DNA from: Verrucomicrobiota bacterium
GTDB taxonomy: Bacteria; Verrucomicrobiota; Verrucomicrobiia; JABWAM01; JAHFSZ01
Direction: 5' to 3'
NCBI GenBank assembly: GCA_023265515.1
Contig: JAHFSZ010000005.1
Coordinates: forward strand, 1 to 55,735
DNA length: 55,735 nt
The translations under genes and the position numbers were made by a program. The notes beneath the pieces were generated by a model. It saw nothing but the letters and a program-made list of their open reading frames with translations, was not told the DNA's origin and searched no databases. Of the stretch, positions 27,127 to 36,686 are shown in pieces (position 1 is the first letter of the stretch; each line of letters begins with the position of its first letter).

Positions 27127-28662
27127 CTAGATATAAAAGCCGAGGAGGTTCACATCAAACAGCCACGCCGGGATTCCCATGATCAAGATGCCGGCCAGAT
27201 AGATCGCTAAAACGGGCATGGCGCCTCGCACGCGGACGAAGCAGTAAGCGGCCCCGCCGAGCGGGTTGAAAAACAGCACGACCAGCCCCCAAGCCAACCC
27301 GTCCTGGATCGCGATGAGAGTCAGCCAAACGTGTCCCACCGCGGAGATGATCAAGCCCGCCCACAAGAGGAATGGAACGTAGCGCGGCAGTGCGGCGCGC
27401 CTGGCCTCCTCCTCACCCTGGAGAGCCCGCTCGATTCCCAGGACACGCTTGAAGCTTCTTCGTTTTTCGGCCTTGATTTTTCCCGCATCCTCCTCAGCCT
27501 CCAGAAGCAAGGCCGCCAAGTCGCCGTGATCGCATTCCAAGGCGTGCTGCCGCGCCGTTTTACCGACGCGGTCGATGGCATCCGGCCGGGCGCCCCGTTC
27601 CAGGAGGAGCTCCACAGCATCCTTGTTATTCTTCCTCGCCGCAAGCATGAGGGAGTTCCGGCCTTCGCTGCGGTCGACGGCGCGGATTTTTGCCCCGTGA
27701 TCGATCAGGATTTTCATCATCTCAAGGGATCCGGATTCAGTGGCCGCCATGAGCGCAGTCATGCCCTTCTGGTCCCGCGCATTGACATCGACGCCTTTCT
27801 CGATGAGGATCCGGCCGGTCTGCGTTTTTCCCGTCTCGGCCGCATGGATGATCGCGGTGTTTCCCGCGTTGTCGCGGGCATCCAGCGAGGCTCCTTTCTC
27901 CGCCAGCAATTCCACGACTCGGTCCTGCCCAGCCCGGGCCGCCAGCATGATGACCGTCCGGCCCAACGCATCCGTCGTTTCAGTTGACGTGGGATCCTTG
28001 GCAAGGAAGAGCTTCACGATGTCCTCGTCGCCGGCCTGCGCGCGACCGATCAAATCGGGAATTTTCGCGCCGGCGTTCTCCAGCATCCCCGCAATCTCCG
28101 TGTAGCCGCGGATCGCGGCCTCGTACCAGGCAGTGTGGCCGTCCTTGTTGACGGCATTCGGATCAGCGCGCATTTTCAACACAACCTTGACGTAATCGGG
28201 CCGGCCCGTCAGGACCGCCTCGATCAGCGGCGTGTCTCCGTCCTCCAGCCTCCGGTTGACACCACCAGCCTGCGCAATCCAGTGGTCCACTTGTTTGAGA
28301 ACCTCAGGAGAAATCGGGTTCGGGTCGACCTTGGTGAGATCGATGCTGGCCAGAGTCGTGGTGCCATTGAGCGCCTTCATCTGGTCGAGGCTCAAACTGG
28401 AGACGGGGATGTTTTTGATCCCGGCGTCATGCAAGATGGTGGCATTGGTTTTACCGGCCGCCTTGAGCGTCACGTTCAGGTACACCCGCCCGCCCACCGT
28501 TAGGCTTGGCAGAGGCTTCGGCGCGGCTTGTGCCGCCGGCTTGTCCGCCGGGGCGGAGTTATCGGACTGGGCCGCGGCAAGGAGAGCCATGAAGCAGAAA
28601 ACAAGAATCGCCAGGGCCAATTTCACGGAGGCGACCTTAATGAGGTTCGAACAGCGTTCCAA
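27127..28662 (-). CDS. Ankyrin-repeat envelope protein (~8 repeats) with the shared N-domain and C-terminal 3-TM module
   Basis: Multiple ankyrin motifs; WGLVVLFFNP. Confidence 0.88.
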   Translation of the reverse strand: MERCSNLIKVASVKLALAILVFCFMALLAAAQSDNSAPADKPAAQAAPKPLPSLTVGGRVYLNVTLKAAGKTNATILHDAGIKNIPVSSLSLDQMKALNGTTTLASIDLTKVDPNPISPEVLKQVDHWIAQAGGVNRRLEDGDTPLIEAVLTGRPDYVKVVLKMRADPNAVNKDGHTAWYEAAIRGYTEIAGMLENAGAKIPDLIGRAQAGDEDIVKLFLAKDPTSTETTDALGRTVIMLAARAGQDRVVELLAEKGASLDARDNAGNTAIIHAAETGKTQTGRILIEKGVDVNARDQKGMTALMAATESGSLEMMKILIDHGAKIRAVDRSEGRNSLMLAARKNNKDAVELLLERGARPDAIDRVGKTARQHALECDHGDLAALLLEAEEDAGKIKAEKRRSFKRVLGIERALQGEEEARRAALPRYVPFLLWAGLIISAVGHVWLTLIAIQDGLAWGLVVLFFNPLGGAAYCFVRVRGAMPVLAIYLAGILIMGIPAWLFDVNLLGFYI

Positions 28663-28688
28663 GCCAAAACCCGGAAGAAGGTCCGGTC

Positions 28689-29345
28689 CTATTCCTTTGC
28701 TCCGGCTTTCAAAAGGATCTCACGCAAATCCATCCGTCCGCGAAGTTTTGCGATCATCAGCGCGGTCTGACCAGCCTTGGTCTTCAGGTTCACATTCGCG
28801 CCCTTCTCGATCAGCGTCGTGGCAATCTCGGCTTTACCGTCGAAAATGGCCCCCATCAATGGTGTGACGCCGTTGGCGTCGCCCAAGTTAAAGTCGGCGC
28901 CCTTTTCGAGAAGCATTTTAACGTTCTCGTGCTTTCCGGAAATCACCGCCCACATCAGGACCGTCGTTCCGTCGGCGGACTGGTCATTCACCTTGGCACC
29001 CTTCTCCATGAGAATCTTCATCGTTTCCAACTGGCCGTTGTGGGCCGCCGCCATCAGGGCCGTCCATCCCCCTTCGCTGCGTGCGGAAATATCCGCCCCT
29101 TTCGAGAGCAGAAGCTTGATGACCTCAGGGTGGCCTTCGCGCGCCGCCCACATCAGCGCCGTGCGCCCCTTGTCATCGCTCGAATCCACATCCACGCCCC
29201 TGGCCAGGATTCCCGCGACGGCGTCCTGGTCTCCCTTTTGGACCGCGTCGAGCAACGAGATGGCGTTGGTCGATGTTTGACCGGAAGACAATCCCGCCAC
29301 CGATAGCATCAGAAGAAAGAAACAGAGAATCGACGCTGATTTCAT
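28689..29345 (-). CDS. Secreted ankyrin-repeat protein (~5-6 repeats)
   Basis: Signal peptide followed by GRTALMWAA, GWTALMAAA, GTTVLMWAV, GVTPLMGA and GQTALMIA. Confidence 0.92.
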   Translation of the reverse strand: MKSASILCFFLLMLSVAGLSSGQTSTNAISLLDAVQKGDQDAVAGILARGVDVDSSDDKGRTALMWAAREGHPEVIKLLLSKGADISARSEGGWTALMAAAHNGQLETMKILMEKGAKVNDQSADGTTVLMWAVISGKHENVKMLLEKGADFNLGDANGVTPLMGAIFDGKAEIATTLIEKGANVNLKTKAGQTALMIAKLRGRMDLREILLKAGAKE

Positions 29346-29455
29346 GACCCGCCCGGTTGAGTCTTAAGATAACACCAAAAAGCGGAAAAAACCGGCGAAA
29401 AAAATGACCATGGCGGTCTTTTCAGCCGAGGCAGTCGTTCCGCTGGGGGAAAGAC

Positions 29456-29476
29456 GAAGCCAGCCCCGCCGGCTTC
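29456..29476 (-). terminator. Possible terminator hairpin of the nitrate operon
   Basis: Minus strand gaagccggc-ggg-gctggcttc followed by gtcttt, ~60 nt after the cysJ-like stop; weak U tract. Confidence 0.35.
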
Positions 29477-29535
29477 TGACCGGCTGCCGGGCAAGATGTG
29501 AACCGGACAATCTTTTGGGCGGGATCGAGACCTCA

Positions 29536-31284
29536 TCAATAGACGTCCCGCTGATAACGTTTTTCGGACTGCAACTTTTTCACGTAGGCTGCCGCAGCTT
29601 CCGCTGTCTGCCCGCCACCCCGTTCAACGACTTGATGAAGCGCGGAATCGACATCCCTGGCCATCCGGCTGGCATCGCCGCAGACGTAAACAACGGCGCC
29701 CTGTTCCAGCCACGCGAAAATCTCCCCCGCGTTCTCCAGCATCCGGTGCTGGACGTAAACTTTCTGTGCCTGGTCACGCGAGAAAGCCGTGTCGAGCCGG
29801 CTCAAAACACCGTCCGCGAGCATCGCCGTCAGTTCCTCGCGATATAAAAAGTCCGTCGCTTCGTGCTGGTCGCCGAAGAAAAGCCAATTTTTCCCCTTCG
29901 CCCCGGCAGCCCGCCGTTCTTCCAGGAAGGCGCGGAACGGCGCGATCCCCGTCCCAGGTCCGACCATGATGACGGATGTGTCACCGGAGGGCGGCAACCG
30001 GAAGTTTTTGTTGGTATGAACGAAAACCGGCACCGGCGTTTCCGGGCCGGCGCGGTCGGCGAGAAATGTGGAGCAGACACCCTTGCGATCCCGCCCGTGC
30101 GATGCGTAACGGACAGCGGCCACGGTGAGATGAACCTCTCCTGGATGAGCCCTTGGGCTCGATGAAATCGAATAGAGGCGCGGTGGGAGCTTTTTAAGCA
30201 AACCGATGAACTCAGCCGGCTCGAAGCGGGCTTGCGGATACGCGAGCAGCATGTCGATGATCTCCCGGCCCCAAAGATGGGAACGGAGTTCCGCCTTGGA
30301 TTCGGGTTCGAGGAGTTTTTTCAGCGCGGCATCCCCGGATTTTTCCACGATCTTCTGCAACAAGGCCTGTGGGATCTTCGTGATCTCACAACGGGAGAGG
30401 AGAGCTTTGCGCAGTGCCGTAGTGCCGCCTTCCGGATCGGCCACCGCCTCCTCCCCATCATAGCCGAGCGCTTTGAGCAGATCTTCGACGAGCGAGGGGC
30501 AGTTGGTCGCCACGACACCCAGCGCATCTCCGGTTTCGTACGTGAGGCCGGAATCCCCAAGCGAAATTTCAAAATGCCGGGTGTCCTTTTCCGAGCCAGG
30601 CGCGTTCAGCTTTCGGTTGGCAAGCAACCGGGCGGGGAAAGGATTTTTTTTAGACCAGGCCGGCGGCGCTTCCACGGCGGCTGGAGCCGCGCTCCCACCC
30701 GACCCATTCGGCAGGCTCAGGGCAGGCAGCACTCCGCTCATCCACTGGTGAAAAGACTCGTCATAATCGACGTCGCAATCGACGCGCGAAAAAATTCGCT
30801 TCGCGCCGAGCTCTTCGAGGCGCCTGTCGAAGTTTTTTCCGCATTCACAAAATTTGGCGTAGTTGGTGTCGCCCAGCGCCAGGACGGAATATTGGACATG
30901 GTCAAGCCGCGGCGCATGGCCGTTGCCGAGATATTCCCAGAATCCCTTCGCGTTGTCGGGTGGATCGCCGTCACCATGCGTGCTGGTCACGATCAGCAGC
31001 GCCTTTTCGTTCTTCAGCTGACTGCAACTGTACTCGGCCATGTCGACCACCGATGGCGCGAAACCGCGCTTGCCGGCTTCCGAAGCCACTTTTTTGGCAA
31101 GGCTCTCCGCTGTCCCGGTCTGGGAGCCGAAGAGGATCGTGAGCGGGTTCAGCGGCCTTGCCTCGGCCGCTGGAATACCGGCAGGCGCCGGCCGGGAATA
31201 GACTCCGGCGAAAAAACCGTTCAGCCATGCCCGCTGCTCGGGCGAAAAGGGGGAATTCTCAGGAATAAAAGGGATATTACTCAT
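29536..31284 (-). CDS. CysJ-like diflavin (FMN/FAD) NADPH reductase, likely partner of the nitrite reductase
   Basis: FGSQTGTAE, THGDGDPPDNA, PRLYSISSS, MVGPGTGIAPFR, KRYQRDVY. Confidence 0.92.
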   Translation of the reverse strand: MSNIPFIPENSPFSPEQRAWLNGFFAGVYSRPAPAGIPAAEARPLNPLTILFGSQTGTAESLAKKVASEAGKRGFAPSVVDMAEYSCSQLKNEKALLIVTSTHGDGDPPDNAKGFWEYLGNGHAPRLDHVQYSVLALGDTNYAKFCECGKNFDRRLEELGAKRIFSRVDCDVDYDESFHQWMSGVLPALSLPNGSGGSAAPAAVEAPPAWSKKNPFPARLLANRKLNAPGSEKDTRHFEISLGDSGLTYETGDALGVVATNCPSLVEDLLKALGYDGEEAVADPEGGTTALRKALLSRCEITKIPQALLQKIVEKSGDAALKKLLEPESKAELRSHLWGREIIDMLLAYPQARFEPAEFIGLLKKLPPRLYSISSSPRAHPGEVHLTVAAVRYASHGRDRKGVCSTFLADRAGPETPVPVFVHTNKNFRLPPSGDTSVIMVGPGTGIAPFRAFLEERRAAGAKGKNWLFFGDQHEATDFLYREELTAMLADGVLSRLDTAFSRDQAQKVYVQHRMLENAGEIFAWLEQGAVVYVCGDASRMARDVDSALHQVVERGGGQTAEAAAAYVKKLQSEKRYQRDVY

Positions 31285-31285
31285 A

Positions 31286-33043
31286 TCAGTTCGTGAACAT
31301 TTCCTGGAGCTGCCCGACTTCGTGGCGGCGCGTGAACCGGGTGAAGGATTCGCCGGACTTGCGCCGTTCCATGTAAATTTTCAAAATCCGCTCCAGGAGC
31401 GCCGGCAGCTCCGTGAATCGGATGCCCTTGAAGATTTCACGGCCGAGGGCCTGTTCATGGTCGTCGCCTCCGCCCAAAATCACGTTGTAACCCTCGTCAG
31501 CCGTGGGGCCGACCTTAATCCCCAGCAAACCGATGTCGCCGATATAGTGCTGCGCGCATGAATGGGGGCATCCCGTCAGGTGAATGTTGATCGGTTGGTC
31601 CAGCGGAACCCGTTTCTCCAGATACCGTGCCAGTTCCAACGCCTGGCCCTTGGTGTTGGTCGCTGAAAATTTGCAGCCGGTGTTGCCTGTGCAGGCGACC
31701 AGGCCGCCCGCGATGTGGGATGCCTCATAGTGAAAACCGGTCCAGGTCAACGACCTCTTGACCGCCTCCACATAGGTGTCGGGAACGTTCGGGATAAGCA
31801 GGTTTTGAAAAACCGTGAGCCGCAGCTCGCCCGAACCATAGTTGCCCGCCGTTTCCGCAAGCCGGTGCATCTGCTGGGCCTTCATCCGGCCGACCGGAAT
31901 CACCACGCCGATGTAATTCAACCCTCTCTGCGCCTGTCGATAGACGCCGATGTGTCCATGGCGGAACACCGGCCGCCTCGGCTCGCAGTGTTCAAGCGGA
32001 AAATGGACCAGAGGAAATGCGAGCTTCTTTTCGGTCTGATCCAGAAATTTCGGAATTCCCCAACGGTCAATGAGGTATTTCAGCCGCGCCTTCTTGCGGT
32101 TGGTCCGGTCGCCGTTTTCCACAAACACCCGGACCATGGCGGCCGCGGCGGCGACGCACTCGTTGGGCTTCAGAAGGATCCCTGCATCCTGTGCAAATTG
32201 TTTGTGGCCCGTGATCCCCGCCAGTTGGACGCGAAAATAGACGCCGGGCTCGACTCCTTTGCCTTCGCCAACGCGCACCGCGACGAATCCAAGGTCGTTG
32301 GTGTCGGCCGCGACGCTGATCGAACCTCCGTTGTCGAAAGCAACATTGAACTTGCGCGGGATGCCGTAGAGATCCCGGTGATTGAGGATGTAATGATGCA
32401 GGGCCTTGGCCAGCGGCCGCACGTCGAACACCTCGTCCAGATCGATGCCGGAAGTCGGCGACGCGGTGATGTTGCGGATGTTGTCAGCGCCCGATCCCCT
32501 CGACGTCAGCCCGATCTCCTGCAGCTTGATGAGCACGTTGACGATGTGGCGGGCGGCGATCTCCCGGACCTGGATGTTGCCGCGCGTGGTGATGTCCGCG
32601 TAGCCGTTACCCCACTGCTCGGCGATCTCAGCCAAGCCTGCGAGCTGCGCCGAAGTCAAAATGCAGCCCGGGATCCGGCAGCGCATCATGAATGCGTTCT
32701 GCGCCGGCGCGACGTAAAAAAGACCGTGAAATTTGAAGCGGAACGTGTCCTCGGCGTCCGGAAACCGGTCCTGGTCCGCGTGTGCGGCGATCTTCTCCCA
32801 GATGTCGAGCGGGTTTTCCTCGTGCTTGATCCGCTCCTCCTTGCACAGCTCGGAAAGCGGCGTGCCGTGGACGGTCTCTTCCGCCGGCGCGGCAAGGTTG
32901 ATTGAAGCGCCGGCCGGATCGCCGGTGATCCTGCCGTCGCCGGCGACGCCGACGAACGGCATGAATCCCCTTTGCGCCGCCCCGGCCAGGACGCCCTGCA
33001 GATACTCCTTCTGCTCGTCGGTAAACGGACCCGGTGCGCTCAT
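31286..33043 (-). CDS. nirA: Siroheme/[4Fe-4S] nitrite reductase, NirA family
   Basis: [21 protein letters not shown] and TGCPHSC motifs; located in the nitrate cluster. Confidence 0.88.
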   Translation of the reverse strand: MSAPGPFTDEQKEYLQGVLAGAAQRGFMPFVGVAGDGRITGDPAGASINLAAPAEETVHGTPLSELCKEERIKHEENPLDIWEKIAAHADQDRFPDAEDTFRFKFHGLFYVAPAQNAFMMRCRIPGCILTSAQLAGLAEIAEQWGNGYADITTRGNIQVREIAARHIVNVLIKLQEIGLTSRGSGADNIRNITASPTSGIDLDEVFDVRPLAKALHHYILNHRDLYGIPRKFNVAFDNGGSISVAADTNDLGFVAVRVGEGKGVEPGVYFRVQLAGITGHKQFAQDAGILLKPNECVAAAAAMVRVFVENGDRTNRKKARLKYLIDRWGIPKFLDQTEKKLAFPLVHFPLEHCEPRRPVFRHGHIGVYRQAQRGLNYIGVVIPVGRMKAQQMHRLAETAGNYGSGELRLTVFQNLLIPNVPDTYVEAVKRSLTWTGFHYEASHIAGGLVACTGNTGCKFSATNTKGQALELARYLEKRVPLDQPINIHLTGCPHSCAQHYIGDIGLLGIKVGPTADEGYNVILGGGDDHEQALGREIFKGIRFTELPALLERILKIYMERRKSGESFTRFTRRHEVGQLQEMFTN

Positions 33044-35157
33044 GCCTTCACCGCCTCCCCTCCGTCCCTCTCGAGCCGGACGGCATTGTGCTTCAACTCA
33101 GGCTGGCGCGAGATCGGGTCGGCCTCGCCGTGGGTCACCAGGTTCACGCAACCGTCCTCGCCGGCCGATTGCCCCCAATGAAACGGCATGAAGAGCGATC
33201 CCTCCCGCATCGATTCTTCAATCTTGAGCCGCGTCCGGGCCACACCGCGCCGTGAGATGAGCCGGACCGCGTCGCCATTCCGCAGGCCAAGGCGCTGCGC
33301 ATCGGCAGGGTGCGCCGCGACAAAGGGTTCGGGGTTGAGCTTGCCCAGCTTCGCCACATGTCCTGTTTTCGTGCGCGAATGCCACTGGTGCGCGAGCCTG
33401 CCGGTGGTCAGCGCGAACGGATAGTCAGGCGTGATCCGGTCCGCGGGAGGCAGATCATCGACCGGATGAAAACGGGCCCGGCCGCTCGGAGTGGCAAATG
33501 TTTTGCGCCGGTAGCGCCTTGCGATGCCGGGGCTGCTCTTGGTGGGGCAGGGCCACTGGATCGGATGATGCTTGAGGCGCCCATACGTGATGCCGTCCAT
33601 GTTGAGCGCGTAGACATCGGAACAGCAAAGTTTATGCTCCTCGAAAATGTTGGCGGCCGATGAAAAGGAAAACTGCTCCTCATAACCCATCAAGGCGGCA
33701 AACCGGCAGCCAATCTCCCAGTCGGGACGCGCCTCGCCGGGCGGAGACACGCAGGGCTGCAGAAGGCTGACACGGCGTTCCGAATTGGTCATCGTTCCCT
33801 CCATCTCCAGGTTCAGCGCCGCCGGCAGGAGGACGTGCGCGAGGCGGGAGGTCTCCGTCGGGTGATAACAATCCTGGACGACGAGCAATTCCACCTTCTC
33901 GAGCGCCCGGCGGATCTGGTTGGAGTTCGGCATGGTCGCCAGCGGGTTGCACCCGACCACCCAGAGCGCCTTCACTTCGCCCGTCTCGAGCGCCTCGAAC
34001 ATGCGAACGGCGTCGAGTCCCGGCTTGGGCCGTATTCTCGGCAGCGGCACGCCCCAGATTTCAGCGATCTCTTTGCGGTGCGCATCGTCGGAGACGTTCC
34101 GGTGACCGGGCAGCAGACCGCTCATGTAGCCGACCTCGCGTCCGCCCATCGCGTTGGGCTGGCCCGTGAGCGAGAAGGGCCCGCTTCCGGGGCGCCCGAT
34201 CTTGCCGGTCGCCAGGTGAAGGTTGATGATCCCAAGATTTTTGGCGACTCCTTGCGTGCTCTGGTTGGCTCCCATCGCCCAGAAACTCAGGGCGTCCGCC
34301 GACTGGCCAAACCAGAACGCGGCCCGGTGGATGTCGATTTCGGAAACACCGCAAACTTTCGCCGCGCGCGCGGGCGACCAGCCCTCCACCATGCCCCGGA
34401 CTTTTTCCCAATCTTCGGTGTGATCGCGGATGAAGCGTGGATTGATCCATCCCTGCGAGATCATCACGTGCAGCATCGCGTTGAGCAGCGCCACGTCGGT
34501 GCCGGGGCGAATCGCCAGATGGAGATGCGCGTTTTCAGCGGTTGGCGTGCGCCGCGGATCCACCACGATGATCCGGACCCGCTTGCGGTTGGCGCGCCTT
34601 TTGATCCTCTGCCAGAGAACCGGATGGCACTCGGCCATGTTGGCGCCGAGAATCAGGAAACATTCCGTGAGCTCAATGTCCTCGTAGCACGTGGGCGGAG
34701 CATCGGCTCCCAGCGAAAGCTTGTAGGCGCTCACCGCGCTCGACATGCAGAGGCGGGAGTTGGCGTCGATGTTGTTGGTGCCGATCGCGCCCTTGGCGAG
34801 CTTGTTGAAGACGTACTGCGACTCCGTCGTCAGCTGGCCGGAGACATAAAATGCAACAGCATCCCGCCCATGATCCCGGAAGATCGAGCGGTATTTCTCG
34901 GCCAGATGCTCCAGCGCACCATCCAACGGGACAGGCTCAAAGGGATCGGATCGGTTAAAACGGATCTGCGCGAACTTGAGACGATTCGGCGTGTCAATGG
35001 TCTGGTCGACCGTCGCGCCCTTGGTGCAGAGGCTCCCGAAATTGGCGGGATGCTCCTTGTCGCCTTTAACGTCGACGATTCTGTTGTCGCGAACTTTGAC
35101 CGAAAGCCCGCAACCCACGCCGCAGTAAGGGCAGATTGTTTTGACCGTCGTTTCCAT
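33040..35157 (-). CDS. Assimilatory nitrate reductase catalytic subunit (Mo-bisPGD; NasA/NarB type, no C-terminal BFD domain)
   Basis: [49 protein letters not shown]. Confidence 0.93.
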   Translation of the reverse strand: METTVKTICPYCGVGCGLSVKVRDNRIVDVKGDKEHPANFGSLCTKGATVDQTIDTPNRLKFAQIRFNRSDPFEPVPLDGALEHLAEKYRSIFRDHGRDAVAFYVSGQLTTESQYVFNKLAKGAIGTNNIDANSRLCMSSAVSAYKLSLGADAPPTCYEDIELTECFLILGANMAECHPVLWQRIKRRANRKRVRIIVVDPRRTPTAENAHLHLAIRPGTDVALLNAMLHVMISQGWINPRFIRDHTEDWEKVRGMVEGWSPARAAKVCGVSEIDIHRAAFWFGQSADALSFWAMGANQSTQGVAKNLGIINLHLATGKIGRPGSGPFSLTGQPNAMGGREVGYMSGLLPGHRNVSDDAHRKEIAEIWGVPLPRIRPKPGLDAVRMFEALETGEVKALWVVGCNPLATMPNSNQIRRALEKVELLVVQDCYHPTETSRLAHVLLPAALNLEMEGTMTNSERRVSLLQPCVSPPGEARPDWEIGCRFAALMGYEEQFSFSSAANIFEEHKLCCSDVYALNMDGITYGRLKHHPIQWPCPTKSSPGIARRYRRKTFATPSGRARFHPVDDLPPADRITPDYPFALTTGRLAHQWHSRTKTGHVAKLGKLNPEPFVAAHPADAQRLGLRNGDAVRLISRRGVARTRLKIEESMREGSLFMPFHWGQSAGEDGCVNLVTHGEADPISRQPELKHNAVRLERDGGEAVKA

Positions 35158-35166
35158 GGCATCGCC

Positions 35167-36405
35167 TCAGGCCGCCTCCGCATCCTCCTGGGGAAGATTT
35201 GTTCGGACCGTTCCGCCATGCGCCACCCAATCGCCGATCCAGTGGCGCTGCACAAAGGCAAGCGTCAGGAACGCGAGAGCCGAGAGAGAAGCAAACAAGG
35301 CGAGCCCGGCCCCGTAGGAACCGGCCGCCTGCTTGAGCCATCCGAGCGCGGTGGGAAGCAGAAATCCGCCGATGCCCCCCGCGGCGCCAAAGATACCGGT
35401 CGCAGTCCCAACGCGGGCTCCAAAGCGCTGCGGCACAAGCTGGAAAACCGAGCCGTTGCCCGCGCCGAGGCACGCCATCATGAGAAAAAAGAGCAGGACG
35501 GCCAGCGTCAACGCCGGAAGCTGCGCGACGCCCAAGGCGAGCGCGGCGACGGCCGCATACACCAACATCAGCATCCGCACACCGCCGATCCGGTCCGCGA
35601 GAAACCCCCCGACGGGCCGGATGAAGCTCCCCGCGAAGACACAGAGAGCCGTCAGGTCGCCCGCATGGACCTTCGAGACGGCGTATTGGTCGCGCAGCAG
35701 GATCGAGAGGAAACTCGCCAGACCGACGAATCCGCCGAAGGTCACGCTGTAAAAAAGACTGAAGAGGTACGTGTCTCTCTCCTTAAAGAGCGAGAGGTAG
35801 TCCGACCAACCCGGCGCAGCCGGACGGCTGGGCGCGTCTTTGGCGAAAAGCAGAAAAAACGCCGCCACCGCAGCCAGAGGGATCATCGCCAGGCCAAACA
35901 CCGCATGCCACCCGAACGCCTCGGCGAGCCGCGGGGAAAACAGGGTCGCGAGAATGGTTCCGGAATTTCCGGCTCCGGCAATGCCCATCGCCAGACCCTG
36001 ATGCTCCGGCGGGTACCAGCGGCTTGCCATCGGAAGCGCCACGGCGAAACTTGCGCCCGCCACGCCGAGGCAGAGCCCGAGGGCGTAAACGCCGCTGATC
36101 GAGCCGGCCCAGAGCCAGCCACCGAGCAGCGGCAGGAAAGTGGCCGCCATGCCGATCAAGCCCGCCTTTCGCGCGCCGATCGAGTCGGTGAGATAGCCCA
36201 GGACAAGACGAAGGATGGATCCGCCCAGGAGCGGAATCGCGGTCATCAAGCCCTTCTGGGCGGGACTGAGTCCAAACTCGGACGCCACATAATTTCCCAG
36301 AGCCCCGAGGAGCACCCAGATCATGAAGCTGACATCAAAATAGAGAAAGGCTCCCGCCAGAGTCGGCAGGTGGCCCGATTTCCAAAAGGATAAGCGGTTG
36401 GTCAT
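35167..36405 (-). CDS. narK: NarK/NRT2-family MFS nitrate/nitrite transporter
   Basis: GHLPTL, GASFAVALP, GIAGAGNSG, TFGGFVG, GAGNGSVFQLVP. Confidence 0.9.
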   Translation of the reverse strand: MTNRLSFWKSGHLPTLAGAFLYFDVSFMIWVLLGALGNYVASEFGLSPAQKGLMTAIPLLGGSILRLVLGYLTDSIGARKAGLIGMAATFLPLLGGWLWAGSISGVYALGLCLGVAGASFAVALPMASRWYPPEHQGLAMGIAGAGNSGTILATLFSPRLAEAFGWHAVFGLAMIPLAAVAAFFLLFAKDAPSRPAAPGWSDYLSLFKERDTYLFSLFYSVTFGGFVGLASFLSILLRDQYAVSKVHAGDLTALCVFAGSFIRPVGGFLADRIGGVRMLMLVYAAVAALALGVAQLPALTLAVLLFFLMMACLGAGNGSVFQLVPQRFGARVGTATGIFGAAGGIGGFLLPTALGWLKQAAGSYGAGLALFASLSALAFLTLAFVQRHWIGDWVAHGGTVRTNLPQEDAEAA

Positions 36406-36419
36406 GGCACGCCATCAAC

Positions 36420-36435
36420 GCAACCGGCATGCCAA
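36420..36435 (-). promoter_or_regulatory. Sigma54 (-24/-12) promoter of narK operon
   Basis: Minus strand TTGGCATGCCGGTTGC = GG-N10-GC, 14 nt upstream of the narK ATG. Confidence 0.75.
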
Positions 36436-36637
36436 TGTTCCGCAGGTCACTCATGAAACAAATGAAATATTTATCGTAATTTGATGAAAAATTTTCAATA
36501 GCTCGGCGAGGCGGAAAATCCTCCTTTTTCAGGCGTTTTGGCGGGGTATACCGCCTCAGGGCATGCGGCCCGCCGACAGGGCGGCCCGTCCTCTTTGGGA
36601 GCCCATCCCTGCCGGGCCCTGAGAACCATCAACGGCC

Positions 36638-36653
36638 TGTCTCAATTTGGACA
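36638..36653. promoter_or_regulatory. Candidate enhancer-binding-protein site (TGT-N10-ACA)
   Basis: cc-TGT-ctcaatttgg-ACA-gg palindrome ~200 nt upstream of the sigma54 site, with an AT-rich tract between them. It could instead be a hairpin downstream of the porin. Confidence 0.45.
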
Positions 36654-36686
36654 GGCTGATTAGAATCTATCCCGAAAAGGAGCTGC

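Noticed and set aside
29404-29847. 147-aa plus-strand ORF
   Set aside because: Mostly antisense to the 3' end of the cysJ-like gene; no recognisable features.
33835-36393. 852-aa plus-strand ORF
   Set aside because: Antisense shadow of the nitrate reductase and narK genes; no motifs. Long antisense ORFs are expected in high-GC DNA.
36550-36625. GC-rich imperfect hairpin (ctcagggc...gccctgag) as a NasR/ANTAR leader
   Set aside because: It lies upstream of the predicted sigma54 start of narK, so it would not be in that leader; no clear ANTAR twin-hexaloop motif and no ANTAR gene nearby.
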